Made by a program: the position numbers and the translations under genes
Source of the DNA: Nitrosopumilaceae archaeon
GTDB taxonomy: Archaea; Thermoproteota; Nitrososphaeria; Nitrososphaerales; Nitrosopumilaceae
Assembly: GCA_965207375.1 (NCBI GenBank)
Contig: CBDBMG010000002.1
Coordinates: 672,001-736,000 of the forward strand
Reading direction: 5' to 3'
Length of the DNA stretch: 64,000 nucleotides
Part shown: positions 42,108 to 56,558 of the stretch, in pieces
Layout of the letters: each line of letters opens with the position of its first letter
Numbering within the stretch: position 1 is the stretch's first letter
The notes under the pieces: model-generated
Told to the model about the DNA's origin: nothing
What the model saw: the letters and a program-made list of their open reading frames with translations, nothing else
Database searches by the model: none

Positions 42108-44238
42108 GTGGCTCTCTTTAATAACTAGTTCCGTACAGCTATTACATTGGCAACGAGGATAAACTGTTCAAGTATGGCTACTCATGGAACTGTAGGAGAA
42201 TTCATTCCAGGACGAGAAGACTGGGTGTCCTACACAGAACGTCTGGAGCAGTATTTCACTGTCAATGCCATCAAGTAAGAGGAAGGAGACAGACGGCGTG
42301 CCATCCTTCTGAGCTGTTGTGGAGCTGCTACTTATCAATTGATAAGAAATTTGGTTTCTCCTGGGAAACCCACAGAAAAGAGTTTTGAGGAGTTAGTGAA
42401 GCTAGTTAAGGATCACCACCCTCTGAAATTGTACAGTGCTTCAATTTTCACACACACAATCGCAAGCAGGGTGAGTCTATTGGAGAATTTGTAGCTCAAC
42501 TGAGGAAACTCTCAGAGTATTGCCGCTTTGGAGATTCTCTGGACAGTATGTTGCGAGACAGGCTTGTTTGTGACTGTAATGACCATCGCTTGCAATGTAA
42601 GCTGCTGGCTGAGGATAATCTAACATTTGATACAGCACTAAAAATTGCAAAGGCCATTGAAACTGCAGAATGAGACTCCCGAGGAATGCAGGATTCTTCT
42701 CCTAAATCTGCACACATGGTGCATAATGTTGGCAAAAGATTCAACTTATCGAAGAAGTTTTCGTCACAGATGGACCCATGTTGTCGTTGTGGAGGAAAAC
42801 ATAGCTCAATGGTTTGCAAATTTAAAGACAGTGAGTGTCATTTTTGTGGAAAAAAGGGGCACTTAGCCAAGGTCTGCAGAACCAAAGCTCACTCTCAGAA
42901 GCCAACACAAAAAGCATTAAAGAAGACACATCAACTAACTGGTGAACCATAGGAACAAGGAGGAAGCAGTGAGTACTCAATGTATCATTCCACTAGTGTA
43001 GACACAAAGCCCTACATGGTCACTGTGAAGGTCAATGGAGCTGATCTTAAAATGGAGGTAGATACAGGGGCAGCTCTATCTGTGATCAGTGAAAAAACTT
43101 ACAACATCCTATGGCCTCATCACTCCACTCCACTCCATCATTACAACCATGCTCTTCCATTTTGAAAACCTACACTGGAGAGACCATCAAAGTGAATGGA
43201 AAGATATCTGTCACTGTTTCGTATCAAAAGCAAACAGCACAGGTAACCTTGATTGTAACTACTGGAGATGGCCCAAGCCTACTGGGTCGTGACTAGGGTT
43301 GGGCGATATTTCAATAATACCGTAGTACCGCGGTACTAGAGTATTGCGATACTGCAAACCTTTACACTAGAACAGCTAACGATATTATCGTTTATGCGAT
43401 TTTATGGAAGTATCGCCGCATGCATGCCAAGTTATACAAAATAATGTTTATATTTTTAAATGTCGCCATCGAGCTATGAATAACTGTTCATGTAAATGAA
43501 GCTATAATAACCGGTTAAACAAGTTCTGCTTCTTTTCAGTTTCTTTATACGATGCTTGTCATCGATACTGTTGGTGGGCGTGGCATTTAGTAACAAACGC
43601 GCGTCGTGAGTTACTGCTAAGGAACAGCAAGGTAATGCTGTATCACCCATTTATTTCACAGTAAGAGGCGTTTTACTAGCTGTACATTACTAACAAGACG
43701 GAGCGCTTCAGTTATAAAAGTGGGCGTGTCGTGCGGGTATAGCGAAGTTTTTAAAAGAAAACTGGCCTATAGTTTTACAGTAAGAATTTCAGCTTAAAAC
43801 AACTTTTACAAAGTTTTATCACTTAAGTACTGGAGTATAAAGCGGATTTAAACTGAAGAATTAATTTTGTATGCGTTGCTATGTGTTCCTTAGTGATGAG
43901 TGCTTGCTCATGTGACTTACCTGTGACATCATTAAATACAATAACAATAAATTAAATTAACAGTACTAATTTATTTACTGGTTTCTAAGATGGTAAAACA
44001 TGAACTTGCTACATATTGATGTAATACATGACAGTACTGCAATATTTGCAATTATCGCATAGTCATCTTCTTGCAATGGCACGTATTCATTTATATAAAA
44101 CGCATAATTAGAAATTACAGTACGGAGGACATGGGCGTTAAATCGCGTAATAAATGAGACGTGTTAACTTGTAGCTTTTGTTGTTAAGTTGTAGTTTCAC
44201 TTGTTAAGTTGTAGTTTCACTTGTTTGGCTGTGCTAAT

Positions 44239-45630
44239 ATGGTAAATTTTTGCGCTGTTCCTGGTTGTAGTAACAGATCTGATCGTGATACGAATGTTAG
44301 TTATCACCGTTTACCAATTAAAAAACCAGCACTTTTGAAACAGTGGATTCACAAGATTGGTCGAGAAAACCTACCAATTCTTGACTCCACCAGGGTGTGC
44401 AGTGAGCACTTCATTAATTCTAAAGGAAGAAAGCTGCGGCCTGATGAGTATCCTACATTAAAACTACCACTGCTTGCCGCACAAGTGTCTGTGCCAACGC
44501 CTCGTAGGGAGCTAGTTCGTCACGATTTGCCAGTAAAGAAGAGGAAATGTGATAGCGAAGTTGAAACTAGCTCAGATATTTTATATTGTGATGCACAAAC
44601 AAACACAGAGCTCACTTGGCTTGAAATAAAAGATATGGAGGAAGAATTGCATGCAACAAAGAAAGAGATAGAAGAGTACAAGGCAGAATGCAGCATTTTG
44701 AAGCAAAAACAACATCTAAGACTGAGCAATATTCAAGAAGATGATGAAAAAGTTAGATTTTATACAGGATTTTCATCTTATGTGGCATTAATGGTATGTT
44801 TTAATTTTTTGGGAAAAGGATCATCAAAGCTTAACTATTGGGGTAGTACCATGTTTGAAGCTAAAACTGATAAGGGTCGCAAAAGAGCACTTCTTCCACT
44901 TGAAGAGTTTTTTCTAGTGTTGGTACGTCTCCGTTTAGGATTACTTGAACAAGATTTGGCATATCGTTTTGGAGTGTCACAGTCAACAGTGTCACGGATT
45001 ATCAACACATGGATCAATTTTATTTATCTACAACTTAAGCAGATTCCATTATGGATTCCACGGGACCTTACACAGCTTAATATGCCACGGTGTTTTAAAG
45101 ACAAATACCCTTTTACTAGGGTAATTATTGATGCAACAGAGGTCTTTGTTGAACAACCAGCACTTCCAGAATTGCAGCAATTAACGTTTTCGACATACAA
45201 GAATACAAATACATACAAAGGATTAATAGGTATTTCTCCAAGTGGTGCAGTTGTATTTGTATCAGACCTATATCCTGGATGTATTTCAGATAAAGAACTC
45301 ACTAGAAAGTGCGGTATTCTAGAGTTGTTGGAGAGTGGAGATACACTCATGGCTGATCGTGGATTTGATATAGAGGGAGATTTAATACTCAGGGGAGTGA
45401 GGCTCAATATTCCGCCCTTTTTAAAAGGTAAACAACAGCTAAGTCAGTCAGAATTAGTTGAAACAAGACGAATCGCCTCACTACGAATACATGTAGAGAG
45501 GGCAATGGAACGCCTTAAAAATTTTCACATATTTGATAAACCCTTACCCCCATCATTCAGAGATACAGCAAATCAGACATTTTATATATGTGCTGTGCTT
45601 ACAAATTTTTATCCTCCATTATGTACATGA
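44239..45630 (+). CDS. THAP, HTH and DDE_Tnp_4 transposase
   Basis: MVNFCAVPGC..W..VCSEHF..YPTL (THAP); DLAYRFGVSQSTVSRI (HTH); IIDATE, MADRGF, RIHVERAMERLK. Confidence 0.92.
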   Translation: MVNFCAVPGCSNRSDRDTNVSYHRLPIKKPALLKQWIHKIGRENLPILDSTRVCSEHFINSKGRKLRPDEYPTLKLPLLAAQVSVPTPRRELVRHDLPVKKRKCDSEVETSSDILYCDAQTNTELTWLEIKDMEEELHATKKEIEEYKAECSILKQKQHLRLSNIQEDDEKVRFYTGFSSYVALMVCFNFLGKGSSKLNYWGSTMFEAKTDKGRKRALLPLEEFFLVLVRLRLGLLEQDLAYRFGVSQSTVSRIINTWINFIYLQLKQIPLWIPRDLTQLNMPRCFKDKYPFTRVIIDATEVFVEQPALPELQQLTFSTYKNTNTYKGLIGISPSGAVVFVSDLYPGCISDKELTRKCGILELLESGDTLMADRGFDIEGDLILRGVRLNIPPFLKGKQQLSQSELVETRRIASLRIHVERAMERLKNFHIFDKPLPPSFRDTANQTFYICAVLTNFYPPLCT

Positions 45631-45652
45631 ACTATAATTATGTATGCGTTAT

Positions 45653-47562
45653 TCACAAATAGTAACTAGGCTTATTCCGTGGAGTAATAAGTTCCGGTTT
45701 AATGTGGTTGTTCCAATACAATTTCAACTCTGGTATTCTCTGCTGTTGCCACTCCTCATCAGGAAAAACACGTGTAACTTTAAGTCCTTTGCAAGTGAAA
45801 ATGCAAAAATCACACCAGCTGTACATGTCAGATCCTACAAAGAGTTGAAGTTGGACCTGATGATAGTATGCATGACTTGACTTAAGGCAGATTCTAGAAT
45901 CTTGCATCTCACAATAGAATGTTGAATCTTTGCAGGCCTCTTCTGGTTCAACATCCCGTTTGGAATACGGACATTTAATTTCCAAAATTCCATCTGGTTG
46001 GTCAGAATTTAAATCTTTGACTCTCCCATCAGGTGAAGCCCCAAGCCAACAATGTTCAGGATGGATAATAAAGCCACATTTTTCCACTGTGACAGAATTA
46101 GAACTACCAGGTGAGTTTTTTATTGCCAGATATTTTTTAACAGCAGTGGATTCATGCTGACGTCCCCAGGCAATGGGTGCTGGAAGTGGGTCTAACAACG
46201 GTTTAGGATACAGACAATAAACAAGTAGGGAAGCTGTTTTTTTCTTCTGACACAATACCCTACCACAGGTAGACCCAGTTATTCGTTTATAACGTACTTC
46301 ATGCCATAACTTAGAGAAATGTTGGGAACGTGTTTCTTTTTCGATGTCAAAACGGTCCGATTCTGTGACCTTCAAACCAAGTGTTACCAAATCATCATCA
46401 GTAAGCTCTTCATTATCCTCATTTGATGTGCTACCAAAGTCGTCATGCTCTTCAACATTAGTTTGCTCCTCTGGTGTATCCCTGTCATGAAGTCTATCCA
46501 GTACTGGTGGTAATGCATAAGTATGATCATGTGTAATCTTATCTACTGATGGAATCAAAACATCTAAAAAAGCACAGTGCTCATTGAGCTGTAATAAATT
46601 GCAACGCAATTTCTCTATTGCATCTGGACAAAGTTTACGATCTTCAGGTTGGCGAGGATCAAATGTACTTAATATTTTACCACTGGATTGCTTCTGTAAG
46701 ATCTCACATCTTCTAGCATTCAACTCGTGTACCGGTATAATTGGCACCTTTTTCTGCCTGGGTTTGTTCCATGCTTGCAATCTGTCAGTGCATGTTGCAA
46801 ATTCTGGTAATTTACCAAGACGACTAAATTCTTCAAGGGCATAACAAACAGCTGCAATGTGCTTGCAGCTTCCACAAGGCCTCTTGCCTGCAGGACATCC
46901 ACATTCTGCTCCAACAACATCAAATACATTAGCATCCATACATAAAACCACTTTATATATTCTGTCCTTCCTCATTTCCGGTAAACACTTAGCCTGAAGA
47001 TAAATGTGCTTATCATAACCGATCATGATGTCTTGAACGTGTCCACATCGAAACATATTTAAAGCCGAACTATTTATAGCTTTCACATCACTGGAAGGCA
47101 TACCATCTACAGCTGTACGTACCACGAAATAATTAATTATGTTAGCATTCGTGAAAGAAATTTCATTAACATCTGTCCTTGTAAATACTTCCTGAAGTTT
47201 TACCCAGTTCAGATTTTGGGGAACATTCAGTATGTTCAGTGGTTCTGCTCTACCAGAACTACACTGTGCATTCTTATTCTTGTATGGATCAACAACTCTA
47301 TTTGCCCAACCATTTGCTATAAAAGCCTGTACCCTAGATAAGCAAATCACTTGTTAAATACTTTCACACCATACTATTAAGTTAACCTGGCAACTAAATC
47401 AGCTTTCTTCCCTGCTGTAGGAGCCCTACGACATTGAAGCCAGCGTTTCAACTCAGGGATTGTAAGACTAATAGCCTCACGGCCATTTAAAGCAGCACCA
47501 GGTACATCAAACTCGTTCAAAAATTCATCATCGCTACTGCAATTTTCATCTAATTTAGCCAT
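45653..47562 (-). CDS. SAP, SWIM and YqaJ (lambda exonuclease-like) protein, two exons
   Basis: Exon 1 (47387-47562) LTIPELKRWL..GKKADLVAR (SAP); frame-preserving GT-AG intron 47334-47386; CGCPAG..CKH (SWIM); TRSQ..W..R..RITGS, WGRQHE, LGASPDG, LEIKCP, YYHQVQLQL (YqaJ). Confidence 0.9.
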
Positions 47563-50500
47563 TAATGGCTTGCTTACAGCCAAACAAGTGAAACTACAAC
47601 TTAACAAGTGAAACTACAACTTAACAAGTGAAACTACAACTTAACAACAAAAACTACAAGTTAACATGTCTCATTTATTACGCGATTTAACGCCCATGTC
47701 CTCCGTACCGTAATTTCTAATTATGCGTTTTATATAAATGAATACGTGCCATTATCGTGAGTAGAAAATCTCAGTATCGCCCAACCCTAGTCGTGACTGG
47801 CTGAAGAGTATTGTACTGGACTGGAATCAGTTAAACCAAGTCCGCCAAGCAACAAGTCACTGCCAAGAACTGGTGGAGAGGCATAAAGAATTGTTCAATG
47901 AGGAATTGGATCTGGTGCAGGGAATGAAAGCCAAATTCCACATCCACCCAGATGCTACTCCTAAATTTTGTAAGGCAAGGCCAGTGCCTTATGCATTGAA
48001 AGCCAAGGTTGAAGCAGAATTAAACCGCCTAGAGAAAAATGGTGTTATAAGACATGTTGAGTTTGCACAATGGGCAGCTCCTATGGTTCCTATTGTTAAA
48101 GTAGATGGATCCATCATGATTTGTGGGGATTACAAGTTAACGGTGAACCGAGCAGCCAAAACGGACTCATACCCCCTCCCCCGTATTGAGGATCTGTTTG
48201 CATCTCTCTCTGGAGGACAGTTATTTTCTAAATTAGATTTGGCTCATGCTTATCAGCAGATTCCATTAGACGAGAAGTCTCAACTGTTTACCACAATCAA
48301 TACACACAAGGGTCTATATTGTTATAATCGACTCCCATTTGGTGTGGCTTCAGCCCCGGCAATTTTTCAAAGAGCCATAGAAACCATTCTCCAAGGTATA
48401 CCTCATGTTTGTGTATACTTGGATGATATACTGATCACTGGAGAAAACGATGATGAACATTTGCAGACATTAGAAACAGTCCTTTCGCTTCTGGAGAAGG
48501 CAGGCATTCGGCTCAAACACAAAAAGTGCTCCTTCATGTTAACTGCAATTGAGTACTTGGGTCATAAAATTTCAGCCCAAGGATTACAGCCAACCAGTGA
48601 AAAAGTGCAGGCTATCCATGAAGCTCCAGCACCTAAGGATGTCACACAACTCAAGTCATTCTTAGGATTGTTGAACTACTACTGTAAGTTCCTCCCTAAC
48701 TTATCTACCACTCTGGCTCCCCTCTACGGGTTGCTCCAGCAGCAGATAAAATGACAATGGGGACCAAACCAACAGAAGGCATTCACTAAGGCTAAAGAAT
48801 CACTGACCTCAGACTGTTTGTTAGTACATTACGATCCAAACAAAGAGTTAGTACTAGCATGTGATGCGTCACCATATGGTATTGGAGCAGTGCTTTCCCA
48901 CAAAATGGAAGATGACTATGAAAAACCAATTGCTTTTGCCTCCAATAGCCTAATGATTAACTTTTCCTATGCACAATTTAAAGTATGATGCAAAATAAAC
49001 TCAATATGTCACAATAGTTACATGCAGATATAACACTGGTAGAACATTGGCCCCAGCTGAAAAGCACTACTCACAGTTAGACAAAGAAAGTTTAGCTATT
49101 GATGGTGTCAAGAGATTCCACCAATATTTGTGTGGTAGACATTTCACTATTTTATCTGATCACAAGCCACTTCAGTATTTATTTAAGGAATCCAACCCTA
49201 TGCCAGCCATGGCATCAGCAAGAATTCAACGATGGGCATTAACATTAGCAGCTTATGACTACAAGATCGTATACAAACCTGGATCTAAGCATGCAAATGC
49301 TGACATGCTGAGTAGGTTGCCATTACCTCAAACACCATCAGAGATTCCCATCCCTGGTGAAACACTTTTGGTAATAGACATGCTTCAATCAGTTCCAGTT
49401 TCGGCACAACAGATTCAGAAATGGACGGACCGGGATCCAGTGTTGTCAGCAGTACGTTCATTTGTGTTGAAAGGTTGGCCCTCTAAAGTGGACTGACCTC
49501 AAGCCGGAAGATGTTAAGCCATTTATGAATCGACAGGCAGAACTTAGCATTCACGATGGATGTCTAATGTGGGGTAATCGTGTTGTAGTGCCATCCTCAG
49601 GCAGACAGAAATTGATCGAGCAGTTACATGAATGTCATCCTGGAATGTCCAGAATGAAGAACCTGGCACGAAGTTACGTTTGGTGGCCAGGAATTGATCA
49701 AGCTATTGGAGACGCTGTTAAAACTTGTACTCCATGTCAGCAGACACGTCACTTGCCATCACCTGCACCACTACAACAATGGGAATGGCCTTCCCGCCCA
49801 TGGGCTCGTTGGATGCTCACTCTAAGTGGATGGAGGTGAAAATAATGAAAACAGCAACTTCGACAACTACAATTGAACACCTTCGAAACATTTTTGCAAC
49901 ACATGGCTTGCCAGAAATGTTAGTAACTGATAATACTGCATATTTTACAAGTCAGGAATTTCAGGATTTTACTAAGTTGAATGGAATCCGTCACGTTACC
50001 TCAGCTCCTTATCATCCAGCATCTAATGGGTTGGCTGAAAGAGCAGTCCAGACTGTCAAAGAGTTTTTAAAGAAACCAGCTGAGGAGAAATTCTTTACAG
50101 ACCAGACTTTCACGTTTTCTGTTATAATATCACATAACACCACATACGACGACGGGTACCTCACCTGCAGAGCTTTTACTTGGACGACCACCACGTACAC
50201 AGCTAGATTTGGCTGTACCAGATTTGAACAACAAGGTCTACCGAAAACAGCAACATCAAAAAGACCACCATGATAAATGCAGAAGAGAAAGACATTTTCA
50301 AGTAGGAGATGCTGTGTATGCCCGCAAATTTCCATCAAATGATGCTTGGATCCCTGGAACAATCATCAAGGCCAGAGGACCTTTGTCATATATGATAGAA
50401 TTGGAAACTGGACAAATTGTGCGCAGACATGTAGACCATTTGCAGTCCCGCACTAAAAACTCTACACTAAGTCCAACTTCCGACTGGACAGATCTACCTG

Positions 50501-50967
50501 ACATTAGTTTGGATTCGCATGATGACTCCAACCAAGAAGTTACACAACTCGAGCAACTTCCATTGCGTCGTTCGACTCGTGTCTCCATACCACCTCAACG
50601 TTATTCACCCGAGGACTTCCAATCCTAAAGAGGGAGGAATGTAATAATCTATGAACATTTACTTATTTGGACATTTAAGAATACCTGTTTAGATCACTAT
50701 TTGTGTTAGATTGCACATCCTGTAATAGGGTTTCTATCGTATACCTAGGTATGAGTTAGCTTTTGTAATTACTTACACCTCATGCTACTATGACCTTTTA
50801 TATCATTGTTGTATTGTATTTGTATGTTGGCTCGCCCTTTCAGTATCCTGTTTTGTACCTATAAATACACTGTTGTTTGTACCTCTTTCAAACATATTTA
50901 TGAGCACTGAATAATCAGCTAGTCTCAAGTGGCTCTCTTTAATAACTAGTTCTGTACGGTTATTACA

Positions 50968-51165
50968 ATGATGTTCCTCCGTACTTGGAAAAATGAATCA
51001 AATTTCTCTAACACACGTGCATACTCTGCTCGATCTTCTATCGTTGCATTTGTTGACGTCAGACTGCTTCGGCTTCTTCCCCTAGACAGTAGAGGAGGGT
51101 GCTAATTTGTTTGGAAGCTGAGGCTTTGCTAAGGCCTGAAACGACTCTGAACTGCTGAAATCGGG
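50968..51165 (-). pseudogene. Gypsy gag fragment
   Basis: RFQQFRVVSGL..KQISTLLYCLGEEAE..EKFDSFFQVRRNI. Confidence 0.7.
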
Positions 51166-51316
51166 ACTGGTTGTTAGGCACACATTTCCACAGCAACCAT
51201 TGCTATGGAAACCGTTTCTAAGGTAATTTGCATTTTGGCCCATAGCAAGCAGTCCCTAGCAACTGTTACTATGACAAATCACCTCGGAAACAATTTCCAT
51301 AGTTGAATTCTAAATC

Positions 51317-51437
51317 AGTTAGACACCTTGACCAATGTCAACTAAGTGATTTAGAAATCCTCAGGCCCTTAGTAGCGCCCTCACGAGGCCCTTGGGTTTC
51401 TAAATCACTTAGTTCCCTTGGTCTCGGTGTCTAACTA
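51317..51437. repeat. ~120-bp hairpin element
   Basis: agttagacacc..aactaagtgatttagaaa / tttctaaatcacttagtt..ggtgtctaact. Confidence 0.75.
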
Positions 51438-51789
51438 TTATTTAGTGTCTATAATAATGAAGTAAACATGTTGTTTGTACCACAAGAGGGTACAGATAAA
51501 ACCATGCTAATAGCATTGTGGGGCGAGCCTGATCGCAAAGTGGATAAGATTTGCTACATGTGCATATAGATGATACGTAGTGACCACCGAATAAGTGATG
51601 ATATTGCTATGTAGATGTAAAAATGTGACCAACTATGTATGTTTATTGCTTGGATTAATGTACACATAAGAGGCAATTTTTGGTGACCCTGTCATATACG
51701 TATAGCTATAATTAATATTTTTGTCGATTAGCAACATTTTTCAGTACATAATTTACTTCCCTTGTTGTCTTGACAATATCAAAGTATTT

Positions 51790-52080
51790 TCTTGACACAA
51801 TAACCGATTATGACATGAAATGGTGGACTTCGGTACTTACTATCAATGGGAAGCAGATACCATTTAAACTGGACACAGGTACAGAAGTAACTGTCATCAC
51901 AAAGAAGACCTGGGAGGAGCTAGGTGAGCCAGCACTAAAATTATCAGATAAATTAACACCTGTTTGGCCCAGCCCAGCAACAATTAGCAGTCAAAAGATA
52001 TTTCACCTGCCACCTGTCCCACAAAGAGAGAGAAGCCCAACAGCAAATTTTTGTGGTAGAAAATCTCAAAAACAACTTAC
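51790..52080 (+). pseudogene. Gypsy aspartic protease fragment
   Basis: LTINGKQIPFKLDTGTEVTVI. Confidence 0.7.
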
Positions 52081-52118
52081 TCAGCAGGTGTCTAAGTTGT
52101 CACTTATTTATGTACCTA

Positions 52119-52819
52119 CTATGTACAGGACAAAAGTTTGGCGGGAGAAAAGTTTGGCGAATTTGGCGAAACCACACATTTCGCCAAACTTTTTTCGCCT
52201 AATTTTTGAATTAGCACGTGATATTCGCAAAAACGTGATTGTGGTATAAACGTGTTACCCACGTTGTAAAACGTCGAGAAAACGTGCATGCATGTGTCTC
52301 AAAGTGTATGCTGTACTACTGAGGGAGTGAAGCATGTCTGGAATACTGAAGCACTTTCGACAGTCAAGAAATCTCGTGAGCAGCTACCAGATCCACACAG
52401 GCCGCTGAATACTGATGGAAAAGTGCCGTCTTCAGTCCTAACGCAAGCATCCGAAAAGTCTGACGCTGCTAATAGCAGTTCTGGCTCGAGACGAGGACAT
52501 TATTTACATTTAACGGCCAGCGAGTCTTTCGGATTTCCAGCTTCTCGAGTTCTTCTCCCGAAATGGTTGAATTCTCCTAGTCTCGCGTGGAATTCTCCCA
52601 AATATCTTTGTATATGTGGTATCCACGAATCATCGAGTTCACGGTGAAAGTATAATAGCTACAGCACGTTTCCTGCCATTATAACTCCGTCATGTTACAC
52701 AGCTAAATTGTATGGCTTCTTATATTGGCTGCTGATAATTTGCCAAATTATTTTCGCCAACTTGATAATTGCAACTGTTTCGCCAAACTTTTCTCCCGCC
52801 AAACTTTTGTCCTATACGG
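52119..52819. mobile_element. Tc1/mariner(pogo)-type non-autonomous element
   Basis: TIR aggacaaaagtttggcgggagaaaagtttggcga and its reverse complement at ~52780-52813; TA flanks. Confidence 0.8.
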
Positions 52820-53037
52820 TATCAGGTAGCTAAGTTATTTAGAAACCCCACAAATGGGCCTAATTGAATTCTAATAGGAAGTTAAACAAAAGCAAACTAA
52901 CACATATGTTTGGTCACAGGCTGCAATGACTTTATGATAAGGATATAGTAAGCAAAATTATCCATCAATAGCAGCTAATAATAATGTTCATAAAATATAT
53001 AGTAAGTGTGCCTCTACATCAATTTGAATCTTTAGAA

Positions 53038-53325
53038 TAGGCCTCAGCGATAGTGAAAATAAAGCTATCACGATAGTAAGACACTGACTATTCACGATTA
53101 TGAATAGTTATATAGCCAGTATTTCAGTTCATAAATATTATGACTAAAGGAAAAGGAACAAAGTACTATCAATGTCAGATTACCCTTATGTTTTGATTTC
53201 CTGGCACATTTCAGCATTTTCTATAAAATTTTGTATTCGAATAGTCAGGTAGTCCATTATGTTATTCATGAATAGTCTCAAACTATCACGATAGTGAATA
53301 CTATTCAGATAATCGCTCAGGTCTA
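53038..53325. mobile_element. hAT-type MITE
   Basis: TIR taggcctcagcgat / atcgctcaggtcta; perfect TSD ctttagaa. Confidence 0.85.
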
Positions 53326-53961
53326 CTTTAGAAATACAGCTACGTAGACATTAGTTGAAGATAGTATGAAAGATCAGTGACCAGTTTGAGTAGCCGTAAA
53401 GAGGTTCAAATTACCAATAAAATCACTTTCATGGAGTCATACACCGAACTAATCGACATTGCAGATATTACATGACAATATAATTATAATATATCCCCTT
53501 ATACTTCTGCATATACACCCTCCAATGCATGATGGTAAAGTTGACATAAAACTAATAAATAAGTTGATAGATAGCTACATAAGACATTTACTATAGAGCC
53601 ACGTGATCTTCACTTTTCCGGATACCTAGCACAACAATTTGTATGGGCAATTTCTTTTCCTCTGGGAGCCATTCTCCGTTTATATAGATACAATTCCTTC
53701 TCCTGTGCAGTCTCTCTTCTTTATTCATCTCGTAATCAACAACACATGCTCACATACGTGCATGTAACGCCACTCTCCAGTTACGGAATGTTAGTGCGCT
53801 GGTATATCTTTGTGTGATGAACCACCCTACCAACCATATATGGAGCATCAGTTATCTGTGCCATTTATATTTTGTGACATGAATCACCTTACCAACCATA
53901 TATGGAGAGTTCAGTAAAACTATAAAAACGTGTGAGATTATTTACGTGCACAAAAAGAAAG

Positions 53962-54680
<719 letters not shown>

Positions 54681-55399
54681 CATAAATTATATCAGGATAT
54701 ATATTGTAATGGTAGTAATTAACTATATAATCATAGTGGTTGTAATTGTATGGTTCTGTGGTTTTGTATCCATTATCATTGTTAGTCTATTTTTAGTCTA
54801 TTGTTGTACCTCTTTGTTATATGTATATTGTAAGCCATTGTATCAGTATTGTATTATTGTGCATATATTAAGAGTGTTGTTACAATACATATACATTTAT
54901 TCATATTCTGTATATTACACATCACTAGACATGATTATACAGTACCTAGTCTCACGTGGCCAAATTTCTAATCACTATATGTGATACTCAGAAAACAGTT
55001 TGGCGCATGGCATTACATGTTTTTATGTTCTGGCCTCCCATAGAATTCACAAAACACGTAAAGGGTTAATACATCAACAGGCAGTTACATAGACTCAGTG
55101 AATCCGTTACATAACACGTGGTTGAAATGAAAAGCTATTTCGTACGTGAAAGTGCCTGAAGTGATGTGATGGATAAGCAAGTAATCACCTCAGGTTCTAT
55201 TTCTTGAAACAATCTTCTGAGTCATTTTACATGCAAATAATGTAACCCAAACATTATTATGTGTGCAAGCATGTTAACACCTTTATGTGTTTCATTAATT
55301 TCAGTCCCAAGAATTCCATTGACGCCAGAATAAACACACGTAAAGCCGTTTTCGAGACCTTATTCTGAGGGATAACGGCCTGGCTACGCGGAACTATAT

Positions 55400-56002
55400 A
55401 ATACCACCATCCCTCGACCATTATATATCACGAAAAGTTTAATCTAACACTTCACACTCACCTTGTTCTGTAAAGGCTTACCTTTCTGTCGCTACTATCA
55501 TAGAGTATCTATGACAAAACAAATTAATCTATATTTAAACTATAAGAACAAACCTCAAACCTGTTCTCCTTGTCCTGGAAACCGGAAAAACATTTTCAGA
55601 TCCACTGTAACAGCTAACAACCTGCGCAAAAATGGCACGTCTACTGACTACAGCTCGGACTACGGACTGCAACTCAACGTTAGTCTCGCCGTGGGCATAC
55701 CGCTTTTTTCCGTTTATTTGTGGTGGCGGGATCTGGCCACGTGAGACTCCGTGCCATTTTGCGCAGTTGTTGGGTGTTACAATGGATCTGAAAGTGTGCT
55801 TTTCAGGTTTCCAGGACAAGGAGAACAGGTTTGTTCGTAGATTATATTTATTTGTTAGATTTTTGTTTTTATAGAAGCATAGATACCGAGATAGATACTT
55901 AATCATACTCTATGATAGTAGCGATAGAAGGTAAGCCTTTACAGAGCAAGGTGAGTAGATTAAACTTTTCGTGATACATTATGGTCGAGCGATGGTGATA
56001 TT
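55400..56002. repeat. Long imperfect inverted repeat (foldback/MITE)
   Basis: 55400-55640 is the reverse complement of ~55750-56002; the centre holds a small agtctc..gagact element. Confidence 0.8.
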
Positions 56003-56079
56003 ATCTTAGAAAATGGTATTTTAGCATTGCTTTGAAGTGCAAGGTGTCTTATTTACAAAGACAAGTCTCTTATTTACTA

Positions 56080-56558
56080 CGAGGGGTCAGTAACGAAACA
56101 AAATCGTCAACGAAATTTGAGTTTAAATTTCTATGAATTTCAAAGTTCAAGCTAAAATTTCCCTGACAAATTTCAAACTCAAAAATTTAATAATTGAAGC
56201 ACTCGTTGAATCAACTCCCGGATATCCTGCAGTTTGATTATTCTGAAGGTTAGCCATTAGTTTATAGTCTATATGTGTAGGTTTTCTGTTTCTTAAAGTA
56301 GCCTGGTCATAGAATTTACTAGTTTTTCTTTACTTATGCCATTTCCTTGGCCATTTCAGCCGGTGTAGGTTGTGTGGCGAGCTGTGTGGCTTTAGCTAGT
56401 TTGTTTCTCTTGTCAATGATTCTACAAGGTTTCCGAAGGACACCTGGAGCTAGATTCGGCCGAGTGAAAGTTAGACTGAGTATCAAATTTCGAATTCAAA
56501 TTTCAGAACTAAATTTCTGCTGGCGTCAACGAAATTTCACCACATTACTGACCCCTCA
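56080..56558. mobile_element. hAT-type MITE with termini related to 3252-3464
   Basis: TIR cgaggggtcagtaa / ttactgacccctca; perfect TSD atttacta. Confidence 0.88.

Larger units (their letters stand above)
44078..47750. mobile_element. ISL2EU-type (PIF/Harbinger-related) DNA transposon, apparently intact
   Basis: Near-identical TIRs of ~155-175 bp starting ggcacgtattcatttatataaaacgc; AT on both flanks; two convergent ORFs. Confidence 0.92.
43294..47789. mobile_element. hAT-type non-autonomous element inserted in Gypsy pol and itself split by the ISL2EU element
   Basis: TIR tagggttgggcgata / tatcgcccaacccta; perfect TSD gtcgtgac (43286-43293, 47790-47797); the Gypsy frame LLGRD|WL rejoins across it. 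Confidence 0.92.

Noticed and set aside
44239-45630. Host THAP or HARBI1 gene
   Set aside because: It is bounded by long TIRs and nested inside other transposons.
45653-47350. Phage or bacterial contamination (YqaJ)
   Set aside because: It has a spliceosomal intron and a SAP domain, and is part of a eukaryotic TIR element.
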